A stretch of DNA of 64,000 nt from Verrucomicrobiota bacterium (GCA_033762115.1 JANRLX010000134.1:61615-125614); one strand, 5' to 3'; counted from the first letter of the stretch, positions 28,677 through 39,089 are shown. Notes: generated by a model not told the origin, from the sequence alone. Translations and numbers: made by a program.

Positions 28677-30416
28677 TTAGATACTGATCTCGAAGTGAGT
28701 GACCTTACGTAAGGCCAGTTTAAAAGGAATCCAGCCAACCAGGAAAGACACGAATGCAAAGCCGGACCACCCCAGTAGCAGCAGGTGTAAAGGTTGCGTT
28801 CCGGACCGTGCCCAGGGAGCGCCCATGGCCAAAAAAACGATGGATATTACGATATAAAGAAAACTCATCACCAGGCAAAAGGTCCCTCCAAACCCGCTGA
28901 CAATTTTACTGGGATTGTCCTCCCGGAAATTCGGATAAAGCACACCCAGGCCAATCGCAAGCCCATTAAGCACGAAAGTCATGACCGCCACTCCGAACGT
29001 AAAATAAAGTGTGCGGTCTAGTGGAAGCCGAAGCATGTGGCAGGAGGTATAGACCAGGCCTAATGTAAGAATGAGCGAGGCTGTGGTTGCCAGCCCGAAT
29101 TTCACCTTCAGCATCCTTTTCAATCCCATTGGGGCCAATCCGACAATCCAGACCCGTTTACCTTCAAGGGAGAATTGCGCAAATATGAAACGAGTTGTGA
29201 GAGTGGCGAGATTTAAACTGCATGCACCCAGATTGAGATACGCCACCAGGTTAACCCAGAAGGGATTTGTCAACTGTTGCGAAAAATGTCTCAGGTTGAG
29301 GATATAGGCCGCCAGTAACCCAAAAAGAACAATGGATTGCCCCCATTGAGTTGTGTCGCGCCAGAAAACCCGGATGTCCTTGGTCAGAATAGCAACATCA
29401 TCAGACTTAAGAAATCGTAACGAACGAAGGAATGTCTCAACAAACCCGGGAGGATAGGCAAATTTTTGCCGGCGTGACTGGAGTTTTTGGAACCATCCCC
29501 AATGGCTGAAAACGTTGCTGCGACTGTTCACATTGGAGACCGCCTCGTAAAAAAACGATCCGCTAAAAAGAGTTCCCAGGGTGGTGAAGAAGAGCGCATG
29601 ACTCAAAAGCACGAGCGCATAAAAACCTGCTGTTGAGATGGCGCTTTCAGCCCAGTTCAAAATGCTGGAAGTAAGCCAGTAGCTGGGCAACAAGGGAAAA
29701 AGAGTGAAACGCGTTTTTGCCAGCATTCGATCCAGCACAGCCAGGACACGAGTTTCAATCACATCATCTGTGATCGGTTCCGGCTTCATGAAAAAAGTCA
29801 CGGTAATCAACCCGATTGAGGCGATCAGCAACAAGCCGATCTGGAACCCGCGCCGATCCATGAAACGGGCCAGGAACATCGAAGCCCATGCTCCCATGAC
29901 TCCTGGTAAAATCACAAAAATTCCGATCATTACCGTGGTCAGCGCATAAAAATGCCATGGCACCCCGCGGGTCAATCCATAGGCTGCAACCAGAGGCGCG
30001 ATCAGAAAAATAAAAGCCCAGGAAGCGAGTAAAAGTGATTCGACGAATTTCCACCTGAAAATCGTTTCATGCGGGATCGGCAATGTTAACAGGAAGGAGG
30101 TTTCCTTGTTTCGAAAAAGATTGGTGTAGCTGATCACCAGATTACTGAACAGGAGCAGGATAAAAAGAAACCCAAACAGGAGATAAAGCAGTCGTTCGGT
30201 GAGCAATGTGCCCAATCCCGGAAAGCGTTCAATGAAAGTCAATCCGCGATAAAACAGCCAAAAAGAGAATGCGACATAACCGCTTGTAAAACCGAGGATC
30301 AGCAAGGTCAACAGCCGCGATTTCGCGAGAGTATCGAGAAATCTTCGGCCTGCCTGGATGGTATTAATACGGAGGAGCAGCCAAACGGGGGTAAACGTTT
30401 GCGTGTGTTTGCTCAT
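28677..30416 (-). CDS. Putative ABC exporter permease (large, duplicated ABC-2-type membrane domain)
   Basis: About 12-14 hydrophobic segments; ETSFLLTLPI and FSLEGKRVWI motifs; ATGA overlap with the ABC ATPase. Confidence 0.82.
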   Translation of the reverse strand: MSKHTQTFTPVWLLLRINTIQAGRRFLDTLAKSRLLTLLILGFTSGYVAFSFWLFYRGLTFIERFPGLGTLLTERLLYLLFGFLFILLLFSNLVISYTNLFRNKETSFLLTLPIPHETIFRWKFVESLLLASWAFIFLIAPLVAAYGLTRGVPWHFYALTTVMIGIFVILPGVMGAWASMFLARFMDRRGFQIGLLLIASIGLITVTFFMKPEPITDDVIETRVLAVLDRMLAKTRFTLFPLLPSYWLTSSILNWAESAISTAGFYALVLLSHALFFTTLGTLFSGSFFYEAVSNVNSRSNVFSHWGWFQKLQSRRQKFAYPPGFVETFLRSLRFLKSDDVAILTKDIRVFWRDTTQWGQSIVLFGLLAAYILNLRHFSQQLTNPFWVNLVAYLNLGACSLNLATLTTRFIFAQFSLEGKRVWIVGLAPMGLKRMLKVKFGLATTASLILTLGLVYTSCHMLRLPLDRTLYFTFGVAVMTFVLNGLAIGLGVLYPNFREDNPSKIVSGFGGTFCLVMSFLYIVISIVFLAMGAPWARSGTQPLHLLLLGWSGFAFVSFLVGWIPFKLALRKVTHFEISI

Positions 30417-31171
30417 TGAATTTTGGAGGAGATCTCTTCCGTGAGATTTGCCTCCTGGGCGGTCAGGGTCAAAAATGTTTCTTCAAGCGCTCCCTGAACA
30501 CCGCTTTTTTGGCGTAACTCCTCGCGGGTGCCTACCGCAATCAATTTTCCCTGGTGAATAATCCCGATCCGGTCTGCCATCTCCTCAGCGACACTCAATT
30601 GATGAGTGGAAACGAAAATGGTCATTCCGGCGCGTGATCTCTCCTTGAGAATATCTTTTAGAATTCTCGCGTGGTGTGGGTCCAGTCCAACCATTGGTTC
30701 ATCCAGAACGAATACAGCCGGGTCGTGGAGCAAAGCCGAAACAATCGCGACTCGCTGCTTTGTCCCGTGGGAGAGACCTTCAATCGTTTTTGTGAGGTAC
30801 GGTTCCAGATTGAAACGAGCAATCAATTCTTCTCCGGTTTTACGAATGTGCTCTTCGCTCATCTGGAAGAGTTGACCTGTGAATCGAAGGAATTCCCAAG
30901 GGGTCAGTTTATCGTATAAAAATGGAAAATCCGGGACGTAGGCCAGTCGTTTTCTTGCTTCCAGGGGATGAGTTTGCACATCATAACCTGCCACTTTGGC
31001 GGAGCCTGAAGTCGGTTTGATCAGACCTACAAGAATTTTGATGGTGGTCGTTTTCCCCGCGGCATTCGGTCCGAGCACAGCAAAAAATTCCCCCTTTTCC
31101 ACTCGCAGGGATAAGTCATTGACCGCGGTTAAGGTCCCGAATCGTTTGACAAGATGATCCAGTTCAATCAT
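30413..31171 (-). CDS. ABC transporter ATP-binding protein
   Basis: Walker A GPNAAGKTT, signature LSHGTKQR, Walker B FVLDEP, STH switch. Confidence 0.95.
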   Translation of the reverse strand: MIELDHLVKRFGTLTAVNDLSLRVEKGEFFAVLGPNAAGKTTTIKILVGLIKPTSGSAKVAGYDVQTHPLEARKRLAYVPDFPFLYDKLTPWEFLRFTGQLFQMSEEHIRKTGEELIARFNLEPYLTKTIEGLSHGTKQRVAIVSALLHDPAVFVLDEPMVGLDPHHARILKDILKERSRAGMTIFVSTHQLSVAEEMADRIGIIHQGKLIAVGTREELRQKSGVQGALEETFLTLTAQEANLTEEISSKIQ

Positions 31172-31182
31172 GAGAGGGAATG

Positions 31183-31983
31183 CTACAGGTTCAACAAGGC
31201 ATCATTGAGTAGAACGATCTGGCCCGGCATTTCCAGCCGAAGGATTTCTCCGACGCGGCTTACCACAATGGCAACTTCAAAATTTTCCAAAAGGCGTCCC
31301 CGCAATTTGTAAATTCGAATCCGTGAATGACCGATCCGTAGCCAATCATGCCGCGCTTCCCATGTGATCCCCATCGAGAGAGATTGAGTGGAGCTGTTTA
31401 GCGAGGGGAGTAATGGCGCAAACGGAACACCCCAATCTGCCAGAAGCTTTTGCGGATTCTGAAAGTCAGCAAATGCGTGACTTTGCTCCCATGTGGAGGA
31501 TTCATCCTTGATTGTCATGTGGAGGACCCGCTCATCTGCATGACTACGGATTTCCCAGAACATCGGACGCATGCCACTGCGCAAAATAAAGTGCTGCCAT
31601 GCATTGTTTGTGTCGAAAGTGGCTTTTAATTCAAATCGAATACGGTTTCCGAGTTCTGCGATGACAAAGCTTCCTTCGAGGTTCACAGTATAACCGGCCA
31701 ATCTGGTCACCATTCCCTCGGGCGAGGGCTGATCGCTCCAGGTTTTGCCTGCTGCTGCTTCCTCCCCGACATTCGGCGCCCAGCGAACATAGCCGACTTT
31801 CTTTCCATTATAGGAAAGCTCCAGAGTTGAATCGTCAGGAGCCGTCAGGATTTTTTGCCAAACAACCTCAGGTGGAATGCTGTTACCAATTCGCGCCGCA
31901 GAACCGAACTCGGAACGGTACAGGAGAACGCTCATCGTCAGCCAAAAACTGAAAGTAACCATGAGCAGGAGATAACGCGGCAT
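31183..31983 (-). CDS. Membrane-anchored beta-rich hypothetical protein
   Basis: N-terminal hydrophobic anchor followed by predicted beta strands; 2-11 bp from its neighbours. Confidence 0.75.
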   Translation of the reverse strand: MPRYLLLMVTFSFWLTMSVLLYRSEFGSAARIGNSIPPEVVWQKILTAPDDSTLELSYNGKKVGYVRWAPNVGEEAAAGKTWSDQPSPEGMVTRLAGYTVNLEGSFVIAELGNRIRFELKATFDTNNAWQHFILRSGMRPMFWEIRSHADERVLHMTIKDESSTWEQSHAFADFQNPQKLLADWGVPFAPLLPSLNSSTQSLSMGITWEARHDWLRIGHSRIRIYKLRGRLLENFEVAIVVSRVGEILRLEMPGQIVLLNDALLNL

Positions 31984-31985
31984 AG

Positions 31986-32870
31986 TTAACGGGCCATTGG
32001 AATCATGATCGATTGCCCAACCCTGAGTCGTTTCGGATTGAGGCTGGGATTGGCAGCAAGAATGGCAGATTGTGAAATTCCATACTTCCGGGCAATCGCA
32101 GCTACGGTCTCTCCACTTTTTACAACATGGACTGCCTGACGGGAGGACACTGAGGATTGTGTCCGCACGGATGGAGCAGATTTTGCCGTTTTTGATTGGG
32201 CACCCTGGTTTGTTACAACAGTTCGTGAACCCGTCACGTTCCGGCTTGCTGTCGAAGAAACGGGAGGCACATCCGTCGCAGTGGTTCTGTGCCGCGCAGA
32301 AATGTCCCGCGCTGACTCATCCACGCGAGGTTCGATCGTCGAGCTTTGGGGTGAAACGAAATTTGTGATGTAGTTCGTGATGACTGTGGGCTGCTGCGCG
32401 AGTTGTAGTTTGAGCTGCTCGATGTACTGCCGAAGCTGATTATTCTCATTGGTTGCCCGTGCAATCTCGGCCTGGACATTCATGGTCAACACACCGAAAC
32501 CTACCGCCTTTGCGATTTCAAGCTTGCACCCTGTGATCCGCTGTCGCACCACATCGGCCATTGGCCCGTTTGGGAGCAGTGCCAGGTACTTTTCATAGTG
32601 ATAAATTGCGGCTGTGAAGTCCTTGATGCGATTTTCGTAAATCGCCCCCAGTTCGAAATGCGCGGCGGCAGATTTAGGATTGGATTGAAGCGCTTTTTCA
32701 AACGATTCCGCAGCGCCTTGGTAATCCAGGGCCTGTAATCGCTCCTTGCCATCCAGAAAATTGGGATCCTTCTGTTCATCAAGTGAGGAGTTGGACAATG
32801 GGTCGCATCCCATCATCAGGGTCAGCAGGAGCATGATAATCAGTTGCCAGGCCACTGGCATTTTCGTCAT
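31986..32870 (-). CDS. Lipoprotein with TPR repeats, coiled coil, low-complexity linker and C-terminal LysM domain
   Basis: Lipobox LMMGC; AAESFEKALQSNPKSAAAHFELG TPR; HVVKSGETVAAIARKYGIS..AI.AANP...LRVGQ.I.IP LysM. Confidence 0.9.
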   Translation of the reverse strand: MTKMPVAWQLIIMLLLTLMMGCDPLSNSSLDEQKDPNFLDGKERLQALDYQGAAESFEKALQSNPKSAAAHFELGAIYENRIKDFTAAIYHYEKYLALLPNGPMADVVRQRITGCKLEIAKAVGFGVLTMNVQAEIARATNENNQLRQYIEQLKLQLAQQPTVITNYITNFVSPQSSTIEPRVDESARDISARHRTTATDVPPVSSTASRNVTGSRTVVTNQGAQSKTAKSAPSVRTQSSVSSRQAVHVVKSGETVAAIARKYGISQSAILAANPSLNPKRLRVGQSIMIPMAR

Positions 32871-32911
32871 GCGAGACAAAGTAAAGGAGCGCTGATGGGA
32901 GCGCAATTTGC

Positions 32912-34423
32912 TTATTGATTTAATGAAGCTGCCCGGGGTGGCGGGGCATTGGTGGAAATTGCTCCTCCTTCAACTGGAGTTGCAGGCAAACCGTAATTGG
33001 CAGGCAGGTTCAAGGCCGTGCGAAGCTGGGCGGCAATTACCGGATCAAGACCGGAATCAGGAGCCAGAAGACGTTTCAAAACAACCTCACGGGTTTCTGA
33101 TAAGGGGGGGAGGCCGACCCGTTTTTCGCTGATTTTTCCGATGGTGACCATATAGCGCTCCCGAATTTTCGCAGCGAGGCGTTGATAACCCTGGGCCAGT
33201 TCGTCCTCGCCGAATGCTGCATTCATGAATGATTGCTCCAGCAAACCTTCCAACACACTTCGCATCCGGTTCGGGTCCGTGTCGCCTACTTCTTCCGAAA
33301 CCCTGGAAATGGCATAATCTTCCATCGAAAGGCCAGTATCCACGGCTTGCGGGTAAAGCTTTTTCAAATAGGCAAACCATTGTTCGGCAGCCTGGGTGCG
33401 ACCGTGGACATATAAAAAATAAACACTGGTGCCGAGAAAGTTTTTGTGGGCGTTCTTTACATTGTACTCCTTCTCAGGCTCAAGACTCATCATCTCCTCA
33501 TAACTTTCGCTGGCCTGGCGTATGATTTCCAGGTTCGGACCGTAAATGAATTCCAAACTGTTTTTTCGGGGATAGATCATTTTCCCGCGATGAAAAGCAA
33601 GTTGGAGGGATTGGAACACCACGCGTCGGAGGGTGATGAAATCTTCTTTCTTTAATTTTTGGTCTTTGGTTTTTTCCAGCCCCAGTGTGGCCCAGTAAAT
33701 CGCGCTTGTTTCAGGGAGACGCCATTCCAGTGGACCGTACTTTTCATCCACCAGCTTCATAAAGGTGGGGTCCATCTTGAATCTTTCCTTCAGGAGACGA
33801 ACTCTTTCCTTTGTCTCGGGTGTTTGAGGATTGATCAGTTCCTCCCAATTGGGCCTTCCGGAGGCAAGCACCCTGCTCATCTCGGAAGCCCAATACTGTT
33901 TGTAATATTCATGAGCATCATCCATGTAATGCCCCATTTTGTGTTGGAAGATCCAACCCAGTTCCCGATAAATGAGCGGTTCCTTTGGATTGAACCGAAG
34001 GCCATCATCCCTGAGTAATTCAATTCCCCTGGATACCCATTGCCACCGATCCTGCGGCTCAGTGAACTTGATCGAAATGTTATAAGCCATGTTCCAGGCC
34101 TGATGCACCCAGACGGTCACGAAATGAGGCTGTAGTTTGGTGATCCAGTCCGCCAGTTGGACCATTTCAAAATATTTACCTTCCTCCTGGAGATCGTTCG
34201 CCCGAATCCAGAGCGCGTTTGCAATCAGCCCGCGAAAACCACCGAGCGCAACGGTCGTAAAGGCAAGAATCGGGGGGGCATTTTCCAGCGGGTCAATGCG
34301 GGTCAGTCCCATTTCTGTTCGTTGCCTGTTAAGATTCCGTTGAGAAAACGAAACCCCCACCAGCAAGCCGATCATCAGCATCAGCAGCAAAATCTTGTAA
34401 AATTTGGAACGAGCGCGACTCAT
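32912..34423 (-). CDS. Membrane-anchored helical-repeat (TPR-like) hypothetical protein
   Basis: TM helix after MSRARSK; LGGFRGLIANALW, LQPHF..VW...AWNMAYNIS; start coupled by a TGATG overlap at 34423. Confidence 0.75.
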   Translation of the reverse strand: MSRARSKFYKILLLMLMIGLLVGVSFSQRNLNRQRTEMGLTRIDPLENAPPILAFTTVALGGFRGLIANALWIRANDLQEEGKYFEMVQLADWITKLQPHFVTVWVHQAWNMAYNISIKFTEPQDRWQWVSRGIELLRDDGLRFNPKEPLIYRELGWIFQHKMGHYMDDAHEYYKQYWASEMSRVLASGRPNWEELINPQTPETKERVRLLKERFKMDPTFMKLVDEKYGPLEWRLPETSAIYWATLGLEKTKDQKLKKEDFITLRRVVFQSLQLAFHRGKMIYPRKNSLEFIYGPNLEIIRQASESYEEMMSLEPEKEYNVKNAHKNFLGTSVYFLYVHGRTQAAEQWFAYLKKLYPQAVDTGLSMEDYAISRVSEEVGDTDPNRMRSVLEGLLEQSFMNAAFGEDELAQGYQRLAAKIRERYMVTIGKISEKRVGLPPLSETREVVLKRLLAPDSGLDPVIAAQLRTALNLPANYGLPATPVEGGAISTNAPPPRAASLNQ

Positions 34424-35805
34424 CAATAAAAAGTTTTGACGTTGGCGAGTTCCCTGCGGGCGAAGACGGAGATGCCGATGGCGGCAAACACTCCTCCCAT
34501 CATTAACATGATTTGCAAAATCGCCCGGGCTGTTTCCGCCCAACTGATGCTTCGACCGGTACTCAGTTTTTCCACAGGTGAAAATTCGCGGATTAAATTA
34601 AGGACCTTCAGAATTCCAGCTGCTGCAGGGACCGCGATCTGATCAACAATGTCTTGCTTTTCAATCCTTCCGGTTTCATGGTCCACCCCGGAGATTCCCT
34701 TTTCTTCAACGATCTGTTTGAAAGTGCCGGAGGACATTCCCACGATCAAAACTCCTATCGATACAAACGCCGCCACTGGAAAAGATAAAAAGGTCGCGGC
34801 GGCAAGTCCCAACGCCGCAAGCAGCGAAAGCCAGCAAAGAATAATGACCAGCCCTCTCGCGAAATTTAATCCGAAGCCCCCTTCTCGATAAAGAAGTTCC
34901 ATTCCATCCTCCAGCGGAAACAAGACCGCTGTTTGGTTCTGGTTAATGAATCGCACATGGACAATGCCGTTTTCATCGAAGACATTTGGCGGAAGTTCGA
35001 TTTCGTGAAAGGTATCAGAAGCGAGACTCATCTGTCGGCGAAGAATCGCGGCGGTGTTATTGGTCGGCCCAATTTCCCACAATCCAGTGTAGGTTCCTCC
35101 CTCACTCACCTGGGCTACATTGAACTTGGTTCGAAGGAAAAGTGGCTGATCTTTGAGAAACGGTTTCGCGATCCCGAGATCGAGTTGCCACTGCCGAAGG
35201 TACCCTGGGGGGACTATCTGCATTTGGGCCTTGATCCGTTCTCGGGCAAATTCCGTAACCGCATTAATGTCCAATGGTTGTCCCTCCGCTGCTGCGATTC
35301 GGGCTTTGGTAAACCGTTGAACATCCTCTTCATAATTGGGAATTGGTTCCTTGACTGAACCTCTTGCAACCATCACCTCGTTGCGCAGGATGGTTTGCTG
35401 CGCTTCAGGCAAACGAGTCGCCCGATATTGCATCAATACGTAAAGGGCAATTCCGGAGGCGGTGAGCAGAATTGCATTCAGCATGAGAATTCCCAGCCAT
35501 TTACCAACCCAAACCTGCCAGCGTGGGATGGGCTTGACCGCGATCATCTGCATCTGTGCCTCTTCCATTTCGCGAGCGAGAGTGCCGCATGCCAGCCAAA
35601 GCGTGGAAAAGCCCAGGACCGCTGTGATCACGCTCAACGTGTAGGTCAGAAGAATCTGGGTGAACCCGCGTGCGGTGCCATCATCCTTGATGATCAGCGG
35701 GAGGATGATCACAGCTGCAAGCAACACTCCTGAAAGCATCAGTACCAGGCGAAAACGCACCGCGGCACGAAGCGTCAGAAAGGCGATGGCAAAAAGACGT
35801 TGCAT
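34423..35805 (-). CDS. ABC-2-type permease with large extracytoplasmic domain
   Basis: REMEEAQMQMIAVKPIPRWQVWVGKWLG coupling-helix motif; N- and C-terminal TM clusters separated by a soluble domain. Confidence 0.82.
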   Translation of the reverse strand: MQRLFAIAFLTLRAAVRFRLVLMLSGVLLAAVIILPLIIKDDGTARGFTQILLTYTLSVITAVLGFSTLWLACGTLAREMEEAQMQMIAVKPIPRWQVWVGKWLGILMLNAILLTASGIALYVLMQYRATRLPEAQQTILRNEVMVARGSVKEPIPNYEEDVQRFTKARIAAAEGQPLDINAVTEFARERIKAQMQIVPPGYLRQWQLDLGIAKPFLKDQPLFLRTKFNVAQVSEGGTYTGLWEIGPTNNTAAILRRQMSLASDTFHEIELPPNVFDENGIVHVRFINQNQTAVLFPLEDGMELLYREGGFGLNFARGLVIILCWLSLLAALGLAAATFLSFPVAAFVSIGVLIVGMSSGTFKQIVEEKGISGVDHETGRIEKQDIVDQIAVPAAAGILKVLNLIREFSPVEKLSTGRSISWAETARAILQIMLMMGGVFAAIGISVFARRELANVKTFY

Positions 35806-35817
35806 CAGGCCGGCGGA

Positions 35818-37035
35818 CTATTTGGGTTTTCCCAAAAGTGAAGAGAGTTTCTCATTCGCTTTTGTCAAATCTTCCGTTTTCTGAACTTTATCCGGTTCAG
35901 GACTTGAACTCGGAGTGGGCGTTGCAGGTTGGGCCAAAGCAGCAAGTTTCTTGATTTGTTCCGCTTCCACTGGAGTGGACATGTTCGATTGCGTTCCCGG
36001 AGAAGCAGCCGTTTCAACGGTGGGAGCGGTTAGCCGTTCAAGAATTTTTGCCTGTGGAGAGGCAGTTGCAGTATCAGCGTCGCCACGCAGGTAAGCTGCC
36101 ACTCGATTTCCTGATGTTGCGCCGGAAGTTTCCTCGCTTTGCCGTGCTTTCTGAACGACTCCCAGAAAATACCCCTCAAGGTTCTGGGTCGGTGTATCAA
36201 TTCGAATTTTGTCCTCGGAAACATCCTGCCTGATGACCGACAGCACTTTTTCCATCACAGGCCGGGACAAAACAGGAGTTGTGATGCGAACTGCGTCAGG
36301 AGTTGCAAGCAACTCTTTCAAGGTTCCCATTGCCTGAATTTTTCCTCCGTAATAAATCACCACGCGGTCGCAGACATCCTCCACATCCGAGAGAAGGTGG
36401 CTGCTGAGGATCACAGTTTTTCCACGGCGAGCGAGAGCCAGGATAAGGTCTTTGACTTCACGACAGCCGATTGGGTCCAGCCCGGCAGTCGGTTCATCAA
36501 GAATGACCAGGTCAGGATCATTGATCAGTGCCTGCGCCAGGCCAATGCGGCGCTGCATCCCTTTGGAAAATTCTCCCACCTGCCTCCGATGTGCCTTGCC
36601 AAGACCAACCATCTCGATCAACTGCTCGGAACGTTTTCGGCGCTCATCAGGCGGCAAGGCAAACAGGTTTCCAAAAAAATCGAGTGTCTCCCTTGAATCA
36701 AGGTAGCGATACAAATAGGACTCTTCGGGCAGGTAACCAATCCGCGATTTTGTTTGAACATCGCGGGGAGAATGGCCAAAAACTTCAATGTGCCCTTTCG
36801 TGGGATAAAGCAGGCCAAGAAGCATTTTGACGGTAGTTGATTTTCCGGAGCCATTTGGCCCAAGCAGCCCGAACACCTCTCCCCGGCGCACTTCAAAATC
36901 CACGTTGTCCACCGCCCGGGCCTTGGGGCGCCCCCAAAAATCCTTGAAAACTTTCGTCAGGCCACGAACGGCAATGACATTCTCTTTTGCCACGTCGGAA
37001 GTCGGTGTTGATTCAATGGATGCGTTCGCAATCAT
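35818..37035 (-). CDS. ABC transporter ATP-binding protein with Pro/Thr/Ala-rich C-terminal extension
   Basis: GPNGSGKST, FSKGMQRR, VILDEPT, SSH; TGATG overlap with the P-type ATPase at 37035. Confidence 0.95.
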   Translation of the reverse strand: MIANASIESTPTSDVAKENVIAVRGLTKVFKDFWGRPKARAVDNVDFEVRRGEVFGLLGPNGSGKSTTVKMLLGLLYPTKGHIEVFGHSPRDVQTKSRIGYLPEESYLYRYLDSRETLDFFGNLFALPPDERRKRSEQLIEMVGLGKAHRRQVGEFSKGMQRRIGLAQALINDPDLVILDEPTAGLDPIGCREVKDLILALARRGKTVILSSHLLSDVEDVCDRVVIYYGGKIQAMGTLKELLATPDAVRITTPVLSRPVMEKVLSVIRQDVSEDKIRIDTPTQNLEGYFLGVVQKARQSEETSGATSGNRVAAYLRGDADTATASPQAKILERLTAPTVETAASPGTQSNMSTPVEAEQIKKLAALAQPATPTPSSSPEPDKVQKTEDLTKANEKLSSLLGKPK

Positions 37036-39071
37036 CAGGCCATGCGGGGTTGTAATGCTGGGGCAGGTGTGGAAGTCGCAGGAGTTTCCTGTTTATTTCC
37101 CGGAGCCATAAACGGTTCCAACTCTTCCCCATGCCGTACCAGCCGGGCGCTGTTAAAAACAACAATCAACGAGCCAAGATTGTGCATGATCGCGGCGACA
37201 ATGGGGTTCACATATCCAAAAGCAGCCAGGGCCAGCCCTCCGATAATGAAAAACACGCCAAAAAGAAAATTCTGATTGATCACAGCGCGGGTGCTGCGGG
37301 AGAGGCGCACGAGAAATGGGAGACGCCGCAGGTCACTGTTCATCAGGGCGATTGTCGCGCTGTGAATCGCCACTTCACTACCGGCTGCTCCCATTGCAAT
37401 TCCCAAATCACCAGCAGCCAATGCGGGAGCATCGTTGACCCCATCACCCACGACGGCGACCCGATAACCGCGGGCTTTCATGGCGCGAACAAATTCAACC
37501 TTGTTTTGTGGCAGACACTCAGCCACGACTTCTTCGCAACCGATTTCGCGAGCCACACGGGTGGCCACCGGTTGTCTGTCCCCGGAAACCATTGCGATCC
37601 GGCGAACACCTGTTTGCATCAAATCTGCAAGGGAAGCTTTCGCTTCGGAGCGGGTCTCATCACGCAAGCCAATCCAGCCGAGATAACGACCATCCCGGGC
37701 CACATAAATCAGGCTGAACCCTTCCGTTTCATTCAAATCCACCGATTTGCTGACATCCTCGGTGACACCGTTGTCTTTCAGCCAGGCAGCGCGTCCCACC
37801 ACAAGGTTCGCTCCATCCACTTTCGCCTTGATTCCTCTCCCGGCGGTTTCAGAGAAATCAGCCGGTTCAGCCAGCGGCACCGAGGCATCATTTGCCAGGT
37901 CGGCTAAAGCTTTGGCCGTGGGATGATTGCTGTATTTTTCAGCGGAGGCCGCCAGCCTAAGCAGTTCAGCGGGTGTGGTCCCTTCCGTTGGGGCAAGACG
38001 GCTGACTGCTAATTTGCCAGTCGTGAGGGTGCCGGTTTTATCAAAAATAAATGCATTGATGCGCGCGGCCAACTCAATGTCACCAACGTTCTTGATGAGA
38101 ATTCCAAGCCGTGCGGCTGAGGAAAGAGCGGCAACCATGGCTGTGGGTGTGGCAAGAATGAATGCGCAGGGGCAGGCAACAACCAACACCGCAATCACAC
38201 GGTCAAGGTTCTGGGTGAATGCCCAGACCAGGGCACCCATGACTAAAACAAGCGGGGTGTAGTAAACCATGTACTGGTCCACGATCCGCATGATCGGAAG
38301 CTTGGTTTTTTCTGCGGCAAGAATCAGTTCACGAACCCGGCCAAGGGTGGTGTCCGTTCCTGCGCGGCTGACTCGGATTTCCAAAACCCCTGTCAGGTTC
38401 TGCGTCCCTGCGAAAACTTCATCCCCTGGCTTTTTATCCACGGGAAGAGATTCGCCTGTGATATTGGCCTGGTTGAAGGAACCCTGTCCGGAAACGATCA
38501 ATCCGTCAGCGGCGACATTGTCACCGGGACGAACTCGAATCAGGTCTCCCACAGCCAGTTCGCGAGCAGCCACTTCTTCCTCACGACCTTCTCTGATCCG
38601 CCGTGCTTTGGTTGGAGTCAGTTTGATCAGGGATTCAATCGAGGCACGGGCTCCGGCAGCGGTGCGTGTCTCAATGATTTCACCGAGCAACATGAAAAAT
38701 GCAACCAACCCTGCTGTTTTGTAATCTCCTGAGGCAAAGGCGGCAAGAACGGCAATCCCCACCAATTCATTAATTGTCAGGTTTCCCTTCCGAATATCCT
38801 TGATGGATGTCCAGACAATCGGATAGCCAAGGATGATCGCCCCCAGCATTGCGCTGAAGCTCGACACCATCGAGGGCTTGTCCAGCAGCCAATCAACGAT
38901 GAATGAGTTAATGATAAAAATCAGCCCGACCAGCGTTTGTGTCAGCTTGACCGGTGTGTGCTCATGATCGTGCCCGCATGAAGAGCAATTGGCATCGTGG
39001 TCATGGTCATGGTGAGCATGATCATGATCATGCGGTTGCTCCTGCCGACTAAATAACGATGTGACTTGCAT
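37035..39071 (-). CDS. Heavy-metal-translocating P1B-type ATPase with His-rich N-terminus
   Basis: TGES, ACPC, DKTGTLT, HP, GDGVND; N-terminus HDHDHAHHDHDHDANCSSCGHDHEH. Confidence 0.95.
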   Translation of the reverse strand: MQVTSLFSRQEQPHDHDHAHHDHDHDANCSSCGHDHEHTPVKLTQTLVGLIFIINSFIVDWLLDKPSMVSSFSAMLGAIILGYPIVWTSIKDIRKGNLTINELVGIAVLAAFASGDYKTAGLVAFFMLLGEIIETRTAAGARASIESLIKLTPTKARRIREGREEEVAARELAVGDLIRVRPGDNVAADGLIVSGQGSFNQANITGESLPVDKKPGDEVFAGTQNLTGVLEIRVSRAGTDTTLGRVRELILAAEKTKLPIMRIVDQYMVYYTPLVLVMGALVWAFTQNLDRVIAVLVVACPCAFILATPTAMVAALSSAARLGILIKNVGDIELAARINAFIFDKTGTLTTGKLAVSRLAPTEGTTPAELLRLAASAEKYSNHPTAKALADLANDASVPLAEPADFSETAGRGIKAKVDGANLVVGRAAWLKDNGVTEDVSKSVDLNETEGFSLIYVARDGRYLGWIGLRDETRSEAKASLADLMQTGVRRIAMVSGDRQPVATRVAREIGCEEVVAECLPQNKVEFVRAMKARGYRVAVVGDGVNDAPALAAGDLGIAMGAAGSEVAIHSATIALMNSDLRRLPFLVRLSRSTRAVINQNFLFGVFFIIGGLALAAFGYVNPIVAAIMHNLGSLIVVFNSARLVRHGEELEPFMAPGNKQETPATSTPAPALQPRMA

Positions 39072-39089
39072 ACTCTTGCCTCTGGATGG

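Noticed and set aside
38957..39035. CATGAT-like short tandem repeats here and at about 40232-40289, as possible VNTR or phase-variation tracts
   Set aside because: They are imperfect and explained by His/Asp codons in the metal-binding tails.
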